Assembly (NCBI GenBank): GCA_951406725.2
Contig: OX597818.1
Span: 134,912,001-134,976,000 of the forward strand
Direction of reading: 5' to 3'
Source: Octopus vulgaris
Taxonomy: Eukaryota
DNA length: 64,000 nucleotides
Part shown: piece after piece, positions 13,501 to 27,015 of the stretch
How positions within the stretch are numbered: position 1 is the stretch's first letter
Layout: every line of letters starts with the position of its first letter
Translations under genes and position numbers: made by a program
The notes under the pieces: model-generated
Told to the model about the DNA's origin: nothing
What the model saw: only the letters and a program-made list of their open reading frames with translations
Database searches by the model: none

Positions 13501-16500
13501 CGGAAAGCATGAGGGCCTTAAAGGATGCAGTGTCATGGCAGTCAACAACTGACGCAGGCAGTTTATTCCATGCTTCAGCAACTCTGAGCGTGAAAAAATG
13601 TTTCCGAAAGTCATGGGAGCTGTGTTGTTTTCTGACTTTGTAGGCATGTCCACGTGTGTTAGACACATGGAGATCAAAAAGGTGTTCAGTGTTGTTGTTG
13701 GTGAGGTGGTTGATAACTTTGTGGGTGTTTACCAAGTCCGTCACCAGACGCCGGAGCTTCAGTGAATCCATGCCCAGGGAAACAAGGTGCTCAGAATATG
13801 GTAGGTGACTGATGGAGGGTATGCGTTTGGTTGCACGTCTCTGGACAGATTCCAGGAGGTCAATGTTCTGAGCAAGATAGGGGTTGAAGCTGTTTGATAA
13901 GAGGAGGACTGAGGATGCTGGGGTTAGAGGAATCGGTGGAATGGCTGGCAAGGGCAAATGAAGTGTGGTGGTATGGACATGTGTTGAGGAGGAATGAGGA
14001 GCATGTTCTGAGGAGGGTGCTTGAGTTTGAGGTAAATGGACTGTGAAAGCGAGGTAGATTGAGGAAAACATGGAGAGGACAGGTGGAGGAGATTAGGAGG
14101 GTTGGCTTGAGAAGGGAGGATATCCAAAACCGGGCAAGATGGTGTGAGGGCAGTTGCTATGGCATCGAGGTAGATCCGGTCACTCCCGTTAACGGGGACA
14201 AAACCCAGATTTAAAATACTATGCAGGTGGCACGTAAAAAGCACCCACTACACTCACGGAGTGGTTGGCGTTAGGAAGGGCATCCAGCTGTAGAAACTCT
14301 GCCAGATCAGACTGGATCCTGGAGCAGCCCCTGGCTTCCCAGACCCCGGTCGAACCGTCCAACCCGTGCTAGCGCGGAAAACGGACGTTAAACAATGATG
14401 ATGATGAATTCCTTTATAATGTTTGTTTTCTCTGATAATAATGATAATAATGATATTTTTGACATATATTCTATTTGTGTATTTAGGAACACAGTCGAAA
14501 TGCTACATTTATAACATCCATTCTCCATGCTGTGAAACGTGAGCTTGACGAAGAACAAAAAACATTTTCTGGTTTACATCGTTACATCACTGAGTTCTTG
14601 AAACTAAAAGAAGATTTATCTCCTTGGCTACAACAAAAACCTTCTCTTACTGAGCTCCAAGAATCGAAGAAAAATGTGCGACTGCTGAAATCCCAGCTAC
14701 GACATAGACTTGCTGATCTTCAAGATGTAGAAGAAGTAAGTAATTTGATACAGATCTTCATTCTGTTTTAGAGTAAATTGTAAAGTTTCATTATAGATAT
14801 AGTTGCCCCAGGCCCAAATCTTCATCATTAATGTCTACACTTCATGCTGGTAATATGTCTGTAGTACAGCATTTTTCTGTGTCTCTTGATTCTAAAATAA
14901 TGTCAAATCCATTTCACTTTAGCGAAATCTTGTTCAATCTAAGTTTAACCCTTTAGCATTTAAACCGGCCATATCCGGCCAAAAGTATTCTGCCTGTTTT
15001 ATGTTCAAACTGGTGAGATCTGGTCTCTCACACCAACCCTACAATATCGTTTTGAAAATTAACAGCTACCTCATCAGAATCACATAGCTACAAGATAATG
15101 CATGATTAGTTCAAAACAATGTGGATGAAAAAGGATTAATTTTGGCAGAATAATGCGAACACTAAAGGGTTAAAAACGTTCTTCACAGCTTCATTCCACA
15201 GAAGTGCATGATTCTTACACCAAGGATAATTTGACAAAGGTATTCCATAGTTTGTGGCACTGTGCACAGTGACCCATGGTATTGGTAGAGCTATGTCCCT
15301 ATTTGTTAAATGTCATTCAGATTCCACCAACACTCGATTTCTCAGTCAATTAAAGAATTCCCACTTTAGCCAACTTACATCCACACTATTAGCAGGTACA
15401 TATTCACTTGTCCTTATTTCCGTTGTTGAAGAAGGCAGGCTGTTATTTCTATCCTCTCACAGAGCTATTCATATTTCTCTTGTAATGGTAGCTTAATTTG
15501 AGAATGGCATTTATCTATACTTTACCTTGACTTCAGGCAACTTTGAACTGATGATGTTCATTTATTCATTGCTGTTGAGGATATACTTGGCGAAATGTAG
15601 AAGCTGTAAGTTTGGGATCAGTCAACATTACAGGCAAGATCTATCTTCTTAACATGGTTGATTTTGTCTATGCTGAACAGATATGCACTCATTTTAAAAA
15701 TAACTGAGAGATAAAGCAGCTGAATGCAAACATACATTCTAAATAATATAGCATCTCCACATTATCATGCTTCTGTGTTACACTTGAAACAAATAAAATG
15801 TGTAAGTTGGATCTAACTTATACATTTTATTTGTTTTTATCTCTACTACAAACTTCCACCATAAAAATATCCCTCATCTCTACACATGATCATACTTATA
15901 GAGTCATCTCTTCTCTGTACATCTCTCTCTATTCAGATGTTCTTATATCATCACCTCTTCTCTATACATCTTCCAATACTGTCCAGTTGCCACAACTTTT
16001 CTTCTTAATTAATATTATATCATACATTAACACTATTAGGCTTCAATGGAGAAGCTGAGATTACAATATTTGGACTATAGGCACTTAACTGTCATTAAGC
16101 CATCTACTTAGCTATAAATATGTATCTAGAAAAGACAGTAGGCTTCCACACCACTGGCAGATCATATCCCCTCCTCCTCATTAAAAAGTTTAGATCATAT
16201 ACCCTATTAAAAAAATCTATATCACATCCAGATAATCACAGCGCTGATATCTTTTCTAAATTTGTTATCATTTAATGTCTGTCTTCCATTCTGGTGTGGG
16301 TAGGACAGTTTGACAGGAGCTGGTAAGCCAGAGATCTGCACCAAGCTCCCTATTTTTGCTTCAGCCATAATTTATCTTGGATAATGCCACCTAAAATGTT
16401 ACTTTTTTTTTTACTTAGTTGGATGTTATTTTACAGATTTAGCTGGTCTTTCTAGCATGCCAAGTGACCATATAGAGTTTGCCTTATTGGTTCAACTTCA

Positions 16501-19500
16501 TAGTTGTTGTTGATGTTATTATTATAGTGGAGGCGCAATGGCCCGGTGGTTAGGGCAGCGGACTCGCGGTTGGAGGATCGCGGTTTCGATTCCCAGACCA
16601 GGCGTTGTGAGTGTTTATTGAGCGAAAACACCTAAAAGCTCCACGAGGCTCCGGCAGGGGATGGTGGTGATCCCTGCTGTACTCTTTCACCACAACTTTC
16701 TCTCACTCTTACCTCCTGTTTCTGTTGTACCTGTATTTCAAGGGTCCGGCCTTGTCACTCTCTGTGTCACGCTGAATATCCCCGAGAACTACGTTAAAGG
16801 TACACGTGTCTGTGGAGTGCTCAGCCACTTACACGTTAATTTCACGAGCAGGCTGTTCCGTTGATTCGGATCAACCGGAACCCTCATCGTCGTAACCGAC
16901 GGAGTGCTTCCATTATTATCAGCACCTATCAAGTGGGAAGTGGGAGGGAAGCACAGTTCTTGAACTCTCAGATATTTTTACCATTGGATATCTTTCCTAA
17001 TGACTCAACTGTGGAAGGTTTTGTTCCATGAGGAGGGTTTAATGTTGCAACAACTGCAAGATATTGATGTAGAGAGTACAACACCCACAAGATCTTGGGC
17101 AAGTATCTTTATCGTATCCTTGGTTGACCCATGTGAATGCATGTGTTAGGGTATTTGGCTCACAATCACAAGGTCGTGAGTTCAATTCCTGGTAACGCTT
17201 TGTGCCCTTAAGCAAGACTCTTTATTTCACGTTGCTCTAGTCCACTCAGCTGGCAAAAATGAGTAGCAGCTGTATTTCAAAAGGGCCAGCCTTGTCACAT
17301 TCTGTGTCATGCTGAATCTCTCTGAGAACTACATTAAAGGTCCATGTGTCTGTGGAGTGCTCAGTCACTTACATGTTAATTTCCATTGATCGGATCAACT
17401 GGAGTCTTTGTCGTTTTCACAGACACAGTGCCAAGTTGACCCATACCTCCTTAGGAAAATCAGGTACATGGAAACTATGGGAAACAGATCGGTTATACCT
17501 GTGATTTAAAAAGGTTGTTACGTATTCTGTGGCACTGATTTAGTATGGAAATTATGCTAAGGGTACACTTCTCTGTGGAATACTCAGTCACTTGCATATT
17601 GATTTAATAAGACTACTGATTGTGCATAATCAAAACTAATGGCAGACTCATTATGTGGTCACTCAGTCTATTTAAATTTTCTTAGTTTTTTTTGTTAATT
17701 TATCAATGTTGAAATATGACTATTGGCATTTCCACATTAAAGTTGAAAAATGCTTTTCAAGAATTGAAGTTGGATAAAAAAAAAAATCAGTCCAAACTGT
17801 TACAGTGAATGGAACTTGCCAAAATTTCCTAACCTTTTAAATTTTGCTTCTTTTACTACCAGAATGAAGGTTATAATGAACATCATCATGAATTAAAAAC
17901 TAAACTTGAGGAAGTCAGAGCAAATTTACATAAATGTATGGCTGAAGAAGATCAACATATGGTGAGGTTTACAAAAACTTTAGTTCTGTTTTATATTTTC
18001 CTTCTCTCCAGTATAATGTGTTTTTGATGTCATTCATAAAAAGCTTTTTATAAATATTAATAAACTCTGCTTTAGTATGAAGGTGGAGAATTTACGCATG
18101 ATTTTCGCAAGTTTCACTTCAAGACTGGTGAGTCAATACAGTTGATGGTGGTATGTAACTAGCTTATTCAGATGATTAGATGAGTGGGCAGTGCCCATCA
18201 CTTTCACAGGCTCTACTCTAAAACTGGCGAGATCTGTATTGGCGCAGCCTGAAAATCTTTAAATTAATATATGTTGGAAAAAATGAGCATAGGAATGGTA
18301 TTCCAGAGGGATGATGTTCTGGGCGGGAAGGATTGGGTAAAGTAATTAGTACAGATATTAGGAGGGATAACACATTGAATAGTGAGAGAGATGGATTTGT
18401 CAAGGCACATTGAATAGTGAGTTTGTCAAGGCTGAGAGCAAATATATGGAAACTACCACCTGTGTCATCTCTTGTGAAAGGTAGGAGAGTCCAGTTTGCT
18501 GGACATTGTTGTAGAGCTGAAAACGAGGCAATTTCTACTTTCTCCTCTGCCATCTACTGCAATACCAGAGGGTGCACACTCTCCTACCCTGATGTAATCT
18601 CCAGGATACAGGCATCCAGCAACAGGACCTCCGTAATGCCATGATGGGCTGTGAAGTCTGGCTAGCATGGTAATTCCATTGTCTCGACCACGGTCGAACT
18701 ATGATGATGAGCTTATTCAGAGGAACAGAGACCATTGTAGTAGTAGTAGAATGTGTTGTGCTCCAAAGGTTGTAGTGAGTTGGTGAGTGAGTCTTTGACA
18801 ATCAATCATGTGATGCACTGATGAATAATTCTTCATCAGTCAGTTAGATAGCTTTTGGATGTGGCTGGAATTTTTGTGTGTGTACTAGCAGCTTTGTCCT
18901 AGATATGGAAACTGTACAACTTTGTGGGTCTTATATGAACCTTGTAGAGTGTCACCAACTGATCAGTGTAGAAGTACTTTCAGACCTTCAATTAATATTA
19001 TTTTCATTGTTTTGTAGCAACGGATTGCTGATCTCGCTGAACGACATTTTCCAGAATTATTGCTACAGAATACAGACCTTGGTATAACCAGTTACTTGGT
19101 AAATATTGAGTATAGTTCATTTCCAATGTTTCATCATTTTTTCTCCTTCATCTATATAATTCTCTCTTCAAGACCTCCAGGTCTGTTTCTTAGTAAAAGT
19201 AAGGCGGTTTGTTGTTGTTTTTCTCATTTGAAGTTATTTACTTAACCCTTTAGTGTTCAGATTATTCAATCAAACATAATGCTTATTGATTCCCATTGAT
19301 TTGAATTAATCATGCATTATCTCATATCTTCAAGATCTTGATGGTGTAATTACTTAATGTAGAATAACATTGTAGGGTAGGTGTGAGAGCCTGGATCTGG
19401 TCAGTTTGAACATAAAACAGATTAAATATTTTGGCCGGATATGGCCGGTTTAAATACTAAAGGGTTAAATTTAAAATTTGTTAGAATCTGACTTAAAATT

Positions 19501-22500
19501 CAGTCAACTACCTTCTTTAGATCAACAAACTTTGTCATGAAATAGAATTTAATATCTCTGATCTCCTCCTTCTGGAAAAAAAGATACCTTTGGTACGTTT
19601 TTAACGTTTAGTATTGAAATTACTCTGTTAAATGTAATGCTTATTATTCACATTGTTTTGAATTGATTATGCATTATCTTGTAGCTTTGCAATTTTGATG
19701 ATGTGATTGCTTATTTTTAGAATGACATTGTAGGGTAGGTGTAATAGGTCAAATCTGGCTGGTTTGAACATAAGATAGGAAGAATGTTTGGCCTGATATG
19801 GCCAGTTTAATTACTAAAGTGTTAAGTCTTACTCCTGCTGTAAATTCCAGGAAATCATCCATATTTGTTTATTTTTAAATTCATTTCTACAGAACTATAA
19901 TGGAATGGTGAAAGCTGGCAGAGAACCGGATCATTATTGTTTAGAAAAACAGATTGCTTCAGGAGTCTACCAGACATGGTTCAATTCTGAAGAAGTTTTA
20001 ATACAAGTAAGAATTCATCCGTTGCCATGGTCTTTCATCTTTTTACATGCTTTGAATTTTATTTTATCTTTTTGAATCTTTATGGTATGTTATGCTTTAG
20101 TGCCCTCCCCACCACCACTACAACCACTACAATCAAGTGAATGCAAGCTGAAGTTGGTCACAGCTGGAGGTATCTGAATTCAGAATATATCTATGTATTA
20201 TGTATCAAAACAAAGTAGTGAGGCACTGACCTGGTGCCCTAAATTGTTTAATTCTGACTGATTGTAAGATATCCTACAATGATGATGATTTGCTTTGACC
20301 AATGAAGAGATGAGAGGATACACAGAACATGAAGTGTGTCAAAACAGTTGTGTGGTAGGTCACGGAATTGAGTCAGTATGTGACTTTTCTTGAAAAAAAA
20401 AATCGAGGTAATCAAAATAAGTCAAGATTTTTCTGCTGGTATTGTTCTTGATTTAGGTTTCATTGATTTATTTTTTACCGAGATTCTTTAACAGTTTCAT
20501 TATTATGAATTAACTGCAGTTAATTCATAATTAAGGAGTGGCTGTGTGGTAAGTAGCTTGCTAACCAACCACATGGTTCCGGGTTCAGTCCCACTGCGTG
20601 GCACCTTGGGCAAGTGTCTTCTACTATAGCCTCGGGCCGACCAAAGCCTTGTGAGTGGATTTGGTAGACGGAAACTGAAAGAAGCCCGTCGTATATATGT
20701 ATATATATATATATATATATGTTTGTGTGTCTGTGTTTGTCCCCCTAGCATTGCTTGACAACCGATGCTGGTGTGTTTACGTCCCCGTCACTTAGCGGTT
20801 CGGCAAAAGAGACCGATAGAATAAATCCTGGGGTCGAGTTACTCGACTAAAGGCGGTGCTCCAGCATAGCCACAGTCAACTGACTGAAACAAGTAAAAGA
20901 GTAAAGAGTTATATTTAAATGTAAAATGATATAAGACAATATAATTTGCAGTTTGAGATGTAAAAAGAGGGGCAGTCTCACTGACTCATACCACATATCT
21001 CTACACTTGTTGGGTGACCATTTGACTCCTTAAGTATTTGTAGTGTAATGGATAATATCATCATCCGTCACTCAACGATAACTGGTTCAAATGCAATAAG
21101 TGTTCCTGTTTCTCTCTAATTGTTTGTAATCTATTTCTTTATTACCCACAAGGGGCTAAACACAGAGGGGACAAACAAGGACAGACAAACGGATTAAGTC
21201 GATTATATCGACCCCAGTGCGTAACTGGTACTTATTTAATTGACCCCGAAAGGATGAAAGGCAAAGTCGACCTCGGCGGAATTTGAACTCAGAACGTAAC
21301 GGCAGACGAAATACGGCTATGCATTTCGCCCAGCGTGCTAACGTTTCTGCCAGCTCGACGCCTTTCTAATTGTTTGTCATCGTTTAACATACGTTTTCCC
21401 TGCTGCCATGGTTGGGTGGTTGGACAGGATCTGTTAAGCTGCAAGACTGCATTGGGCTCCAATGTCAGCTTTGGTATGGTTTCTACAGCTGCATGCCCTG
21501 CCTAAAGCCAACCACTTTACATTGTTTACCAAGTGATTTTTTTCAATGCCACTGGCTCTAGTGAGGTTGCCAAGTAACTTGCAAGAAGGGAAAAGAACAC
21601 AAAAATGTCCCCCTTGACTTGCGGGAGAGGGGTATTTGAGTTGGGGAGGTGATATTATACTAGGCATTGAGAGGTTAAAATGTGATAGAAAGACAAACAG
21701 AGGTTTCTTGTTATAGAGGCGATACATGACTACCTCACATTATATAGGGTGGGTTGAAGTAGCTGGGGAGTATCAAGGCGTCGAACTGGCAGAAATGTTT
21801 GCATGCCAGGCAAAATGATTATCAGTATTCCATCTGCCGTTACGTTCTGAGTTCGAATTCCGCCAAGGTCAACTTTGCCTTTCATCCTTTTGGGGTTGAT
21901 AAATTAAGTACCAGTTATGCACTGGGGTCAATGTAATCGACTTAATCCCTTCGTCTGTCCTTGTTTGTCCCCTCTGTGTTTAGCCCCTTGTGGGCAATAA
22001 AGAAATAAGAAGTAGCTGGGGAAAATATGTGTTTTGCAATACAGTTATAATTTATGTCATTGACAGCAATTTCATTGCATAAAGTTTCATTATTGTTTGT
22101 TACTTGTCAATGTAAAACTCACCAGAACTGCTTCTCTTACATAATTCCCTTTCTTAACTCTTTCAGGAACATCTAATTAGTGACAATGCTCCTGTAAGCC
22201 GAGAGGAATTTCTGCAGAATGCTAAAACTTATTATGGCATTCAGTCCCCTCATCTTGTTCCTCTACAAGCAGTGTTCTTTTCAAAGGTAAGTCGTTGTTT
22301 AGTCCAGGTTGATCATCACTCAGCAAACCAATGATTAAAGGCATTCCAGCCATAACTACTCCATCTTTTATTCAGTCTATCCTTTTTTTTTGAGACACTG
22401 GTGGAAGCGCTCCGTCGGTTACGACGATGAGGGTTCCGGTTGATCCGAATCAACGGAACAGCCTGCTCGTGAAATTAACGTGTAAGTGGCTGAGCACTCC

Positions 22501-25500
22501 ACAGACACGTGTACCCTTAACGTAGTTCTCGGGGATATTCAGCGTGACACAGAGAGTGACAAGGCCGGCCCTTTGAAATACAGGTACAACAGAAACAGGA
22601 AGTAAGAGTGAGAGAAAGTTGTGGTGAAAGAGTACAGCAGGGATCACCACCATCCTTGCCGGAGCCTCGAGGAGCTTTTAGGTGTTTTCGCTCAATAAAC
22701 ACTCACAACGCCCAGTCTGGGAATCGAAACCGCGATCCTATGACCGCGAGTCCACTGCCCTAACCACTGGGCCATTGCGCCTCCACTTTTGAGACACTAT
22801 GGTGTGGTGTAAGTGAGAGTTGACTGCTATTTCTGTCAGGTTGAGGGATCACATAGTTCTTCATTAGGTCAGAAGTTTGTTTTTCATTGAAGATATATCT
22901 AGGAATTATTTTTTCATGACTAAGCTTTACTTTTGTCATTAGATGCTTTATTTATACAAAGGAAATAAACAGGATAGTCTACTTCTATCATTAGTCATCA
23001 TCATCATTGTTCGACCGTGGTCGAGACAATGGGATTTACCATGCTACGCGAGACTTCACGGTCCATCATGGCATTACGGAGGTCCTGTTGCTGGATGCTT
23101 GTATCCCTGGAGATTACATCAGGGTAGGAGAGTGTGTGCCCTCTGGTATTGCGAGTAGATGGCTTCCAGAGGAGAAGAGTAGAAATTACTTCTTTTTCAG
23201 CTCTACAACAATGTCCAGTAAACTGGACTCTCCTACCTTTCACAAGAGATGACACAGGTGGTACTTTCCCATATATTTGCATTTTGGTTGGATGGTGCTT
23301 CCACGAGAGATTTTGAGCTCTCATAAGGAGGCGAGTGTAGGTTCCATCCAACCGCCTCTCAAGTGTGGCATTTCTGAAAAATCTTGCTGTTAATGTGGAA
23401 TTCCCTTACAAAATGTATTTGTCCTTTGACTTTATTATTACATAGAAGTCAATGAGCAAATATGTTTTGCATTATGAACTTTTATTTTAACTGGAAGATT
23501 TTGGGAGAACACGATATTTCACAATGTGGGGGATGCCCATTTTAATTTAACTCTTTTAATACCAACTTATCTGAGACTGCACTTAGTTCTATGATACTAA
23601 TTTCCTGTATAAAGTGATCTAAATTAAGACTTTCCTCTAAAATTTCATAATTTATGTTTCAAACAGCATTTTATTAATATTAATGTTATTTTATCAAATT
23701 CTTCAGTATTTTGTAAATCAGTTGAAACAAAGGCAGCAGTATATTTTGACAGAAATATGGTCACAAAAGGGTTAATGTGTTTTATTTCTTAGTGGGTTCT
23801 AGAAACAACTTAAAAGGTAACCACTTTTTGTGGTTACTAGAAGGTAAAGAATCCTAATGTCGATTTAAAATTTATAATCTAAGAAAAATCATCTTTGGCT
23901 GAAGAGGGATTTCTTTTTTAAAGATTAATAAAATTTCATGTAAGACTTCTTTTAAACAAACCTTTTAATAAAATATATAATTTACCTTACATTTACCAAT
24001 TGTTCCAGGGTGTCTGTCTATAAACATAAAGCTATGTTGTTTCAATGGAAACCTGAAATATTGAAGATACTCAATACCATTTATTTTTTTTCAGAATCAA
24101 AGACAGATATTTGTACAGTTGCCTTTAATAGGACAACCTTTCGCAGATTACATTGGAGAGAGCTTTTCAGAAAAAGTATGATTATTATTATTACTACTAC
24201 TATTATTATTTGTGCGTTGTATTTCGTCCTTTTATATTATCTTCAGTGTCTTTTGCCTGTGTGACCAATAACAGAAATCATCATCATTATTATTATAAGG
24301 CAGCAAGCTGGCAGAATTGTTAGAGCATTGGAAAAACATGACTTGCTGTATTTGTTTTTGCATTTTGAGTTCAAATCCTTCCAAGGTTAGCTTTACCTTT
24401 CATCTTTTCAGAATCAATAACATAAACTGCCAGTCAAGTACTGGAGTTGATGTAATCAACTAACCACCCTCTCTTACAACTTTCAGACCTTGTGCCTATA
24501 TTAGAAATGGATATACATGTCTCTAATTTTTATCTTAATTCTGGTGGGGGAGGAAAAACGTGTATTATACATGGAGTTCTATGGTGTTTCATTGTACTTA
24601 CTGATGACCAGCTATTTAGAAAGAAGAAAATGATGGTAAGCTGACAATTGTTAGTATACCAAACGAAATGTTCAAATTCCAGCAAAGTCAACTTTTCCTT
24701 TCATTCTTTAATGTAGCAGCATCAGTAAGCTTCACTTGTAATTAGTTAGATATAGTCCTTCCTTCTTCAGTTACTAGATTAGTCTGCTACTTATTTGACT
24801 TACTGTGGTTATTGGTTGATAAAATGTGCTTTCACTAAACTTTTATTTCTATCAGGAGCGCCAGTCTATGATAAGGGGCCTTTGTGAGGGATTACATAAA
24901 CTTCATAGCAGTGGCATAATACATGGTGAGATCAACCCTTCCACAGTATTACTGAAACCAGATCGGACATTGGTTATAACAATGCCAGATTTCTCAACAC
25001 CTTTGGTAACTCTTTTAACATCATTTTTAATCTTGCTACCATTTGTTGTATTAGGTTGTTCTGAAAATAATGGCCATTCTAAGTGTTGTTTTGAAATAGA
25101 ATTTTATCTTTGTATTTTAATTATATTTTAGGTGAATTTCGACATACTTAATGATTGATGTATTCTCTTTAATAATTTTCTACTTATTTCAAACAAAAAA
25201 CATTCTTGAAGCATCATCATCATCATTGTTCGACCGTGGTCGAGACAATGGAATTTACCATGCCATGCCAGACTTCACGGTCCATCATGGCATTATGGAG
25301 GTCCTGTTGCTGGATGCCTGTATCCCTGGAGATTACATCAGGGTTGGAGAGTGTGCACCCTCTGGTATTGCGAGTAGATGGCTTCCAGAGGAGAAGAGTA
25401 GAAATTACTTCTTTTTCAGCTCTACAACAATGTCCAGCAAACTGGACTCTCCTACCTTTCACAAGAGATGACAAAGGTGGTAGTTTCCCATATATTTGCA

Positions 25501-26808
25501 TTTTGGTTAGATGGTGCTTCCACGAGAGATTTTGAGCTCTCATAAGGAGGTTCCATCCAACCGCCTCTCAAGCTTCTTTGATAACGTCCAGGTTTCTGAG
25601 CCATATAGTAGAATTGGTTCGACTGTGGCTTTGAAGATTTCAAGTTTGAAGTCTCTACTTAGATTTGAAGCATAGGCGCCCTTAAATATGAACATGACAA
25701 AAAAGGACCTTCACTTACTTTTCTTGTATGAGTTTAAGCTTGGGCACAATGCCTCCCAAACTACTGCCAATATCAACAGAGCATAGGGAGAAGGGTCCAC
25801 AAGTGATCACACAGTATGAAGGTGGTTTCAGAAATTCCATAGTGGTGATGAGAGCCTTGAAGATGAAGAAGGTAGAGGACAGTCATGCAGTCTTGACAAT
25901 GAACAACTGATAGCAATTGTTGAACAAAACGCACGTCAAAGTGTCAGGGAAATGTCTTGGCACTTTGTGTGAGACCATTGCAAAACCAACACTATCTGCA
26001 GAACATTGGTAAGGTGAAAAAGCTCAATAAATGGGTACCGCATGAGCTCAAGGAAAATCAAAAAGTTTGGTGTTTTGTAGTGTGCTTGATGCTCTTTCTG
26101 CAAACACCGATGATCCTTTTCTTGACCGAATAGTCACTTGTGACAAAAAGTGGATCTTTTATGATAACCATAAACGATCAAGTCAATGGCTTGATTGTGA
26201 TGAGCCCCCCAAACATTTTCCAAAGCCAAAGTTGCATCAACAAAAGATTATGGTGACTGTCTGCTGGTCTGCAATTGGTGTTGTCCATTACAGCTTTCTG
26301 GAAACCAATCAGAGCATTACAGCAAAGGTTTACTGTAATCAACTCGCTAAAATGTATGCTTGCAAAAAAATGAGACCTGCATAGATGAACCGGCATGGCC
26401 CAGTTCTGCTCCATGATAATGCAAAGCCACATGTTGCAAGAATGACACTACAGAAACTCACAGACTTGGAATACAAGACTTTACCACATCCTCTATATTC
26501 TCTTGAGCTTTCACCCACTGACTACCAGTTTTTAAAGCATTTAAACACATTTTTAAGTGATAAAACTTTCAGGTCCAAACCAGAGGTGGAATCAGCTTTC
26601 AAAGATTTCTTAGCAACAAATCCAATAAGTGTTTATCAATGAGGCATAAATAATCTCATTGATCGATGACAGAGATGCTCAGATGTTCACAGCTTGTACT
26701 TTGACTAATCAAAACATTTCTATTGTTAATTTTTCCAGAATAAAATTATGTTTCTGAAATTGGCCATTATTTTCAGAACAATCTAATAATAATAATTATA
26801 TATATATG

Positions 26809-26862
<54 letters not shown>

Positions 26863-26978
26863 CTCATTTATGAATTGTTTATAAATTTAACCGTTAAAGG
26901 TATTTTTTTAATATGCTGGCCATTGATAAAAATTTTTTCGGAAAATATTTTTTTCGAAAATAATTTTATCCTCACATT

Positions 26979-27015
<37 letters not shown>

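Larger units (their letters stand above)
12200..14220 (+). mobile_element. Decayed RTE-clade LINE (RT to 3' end), interrupted by a SINE and a CR1 fragment
   Basis: [13 protein letters not shown]...LLYAD RT motifs; later degenerate YGSETW and WYGHVLRR coding. Confidence 0.8.

Noticed and set aside
16661-16864. Recurrent 67-aa [16 protein letters not shown]... and the MLGGQTQTH... ORFs
   Set aside because: They recur only because they lie inside SINE families A and B; no evidence of coding function
26067-26642. Possible domesticated or active transposase
   Set aside because: In-frame stop at 26382-26384, frameshifted N-terminus, altered YSPDL motif, no left TIR found
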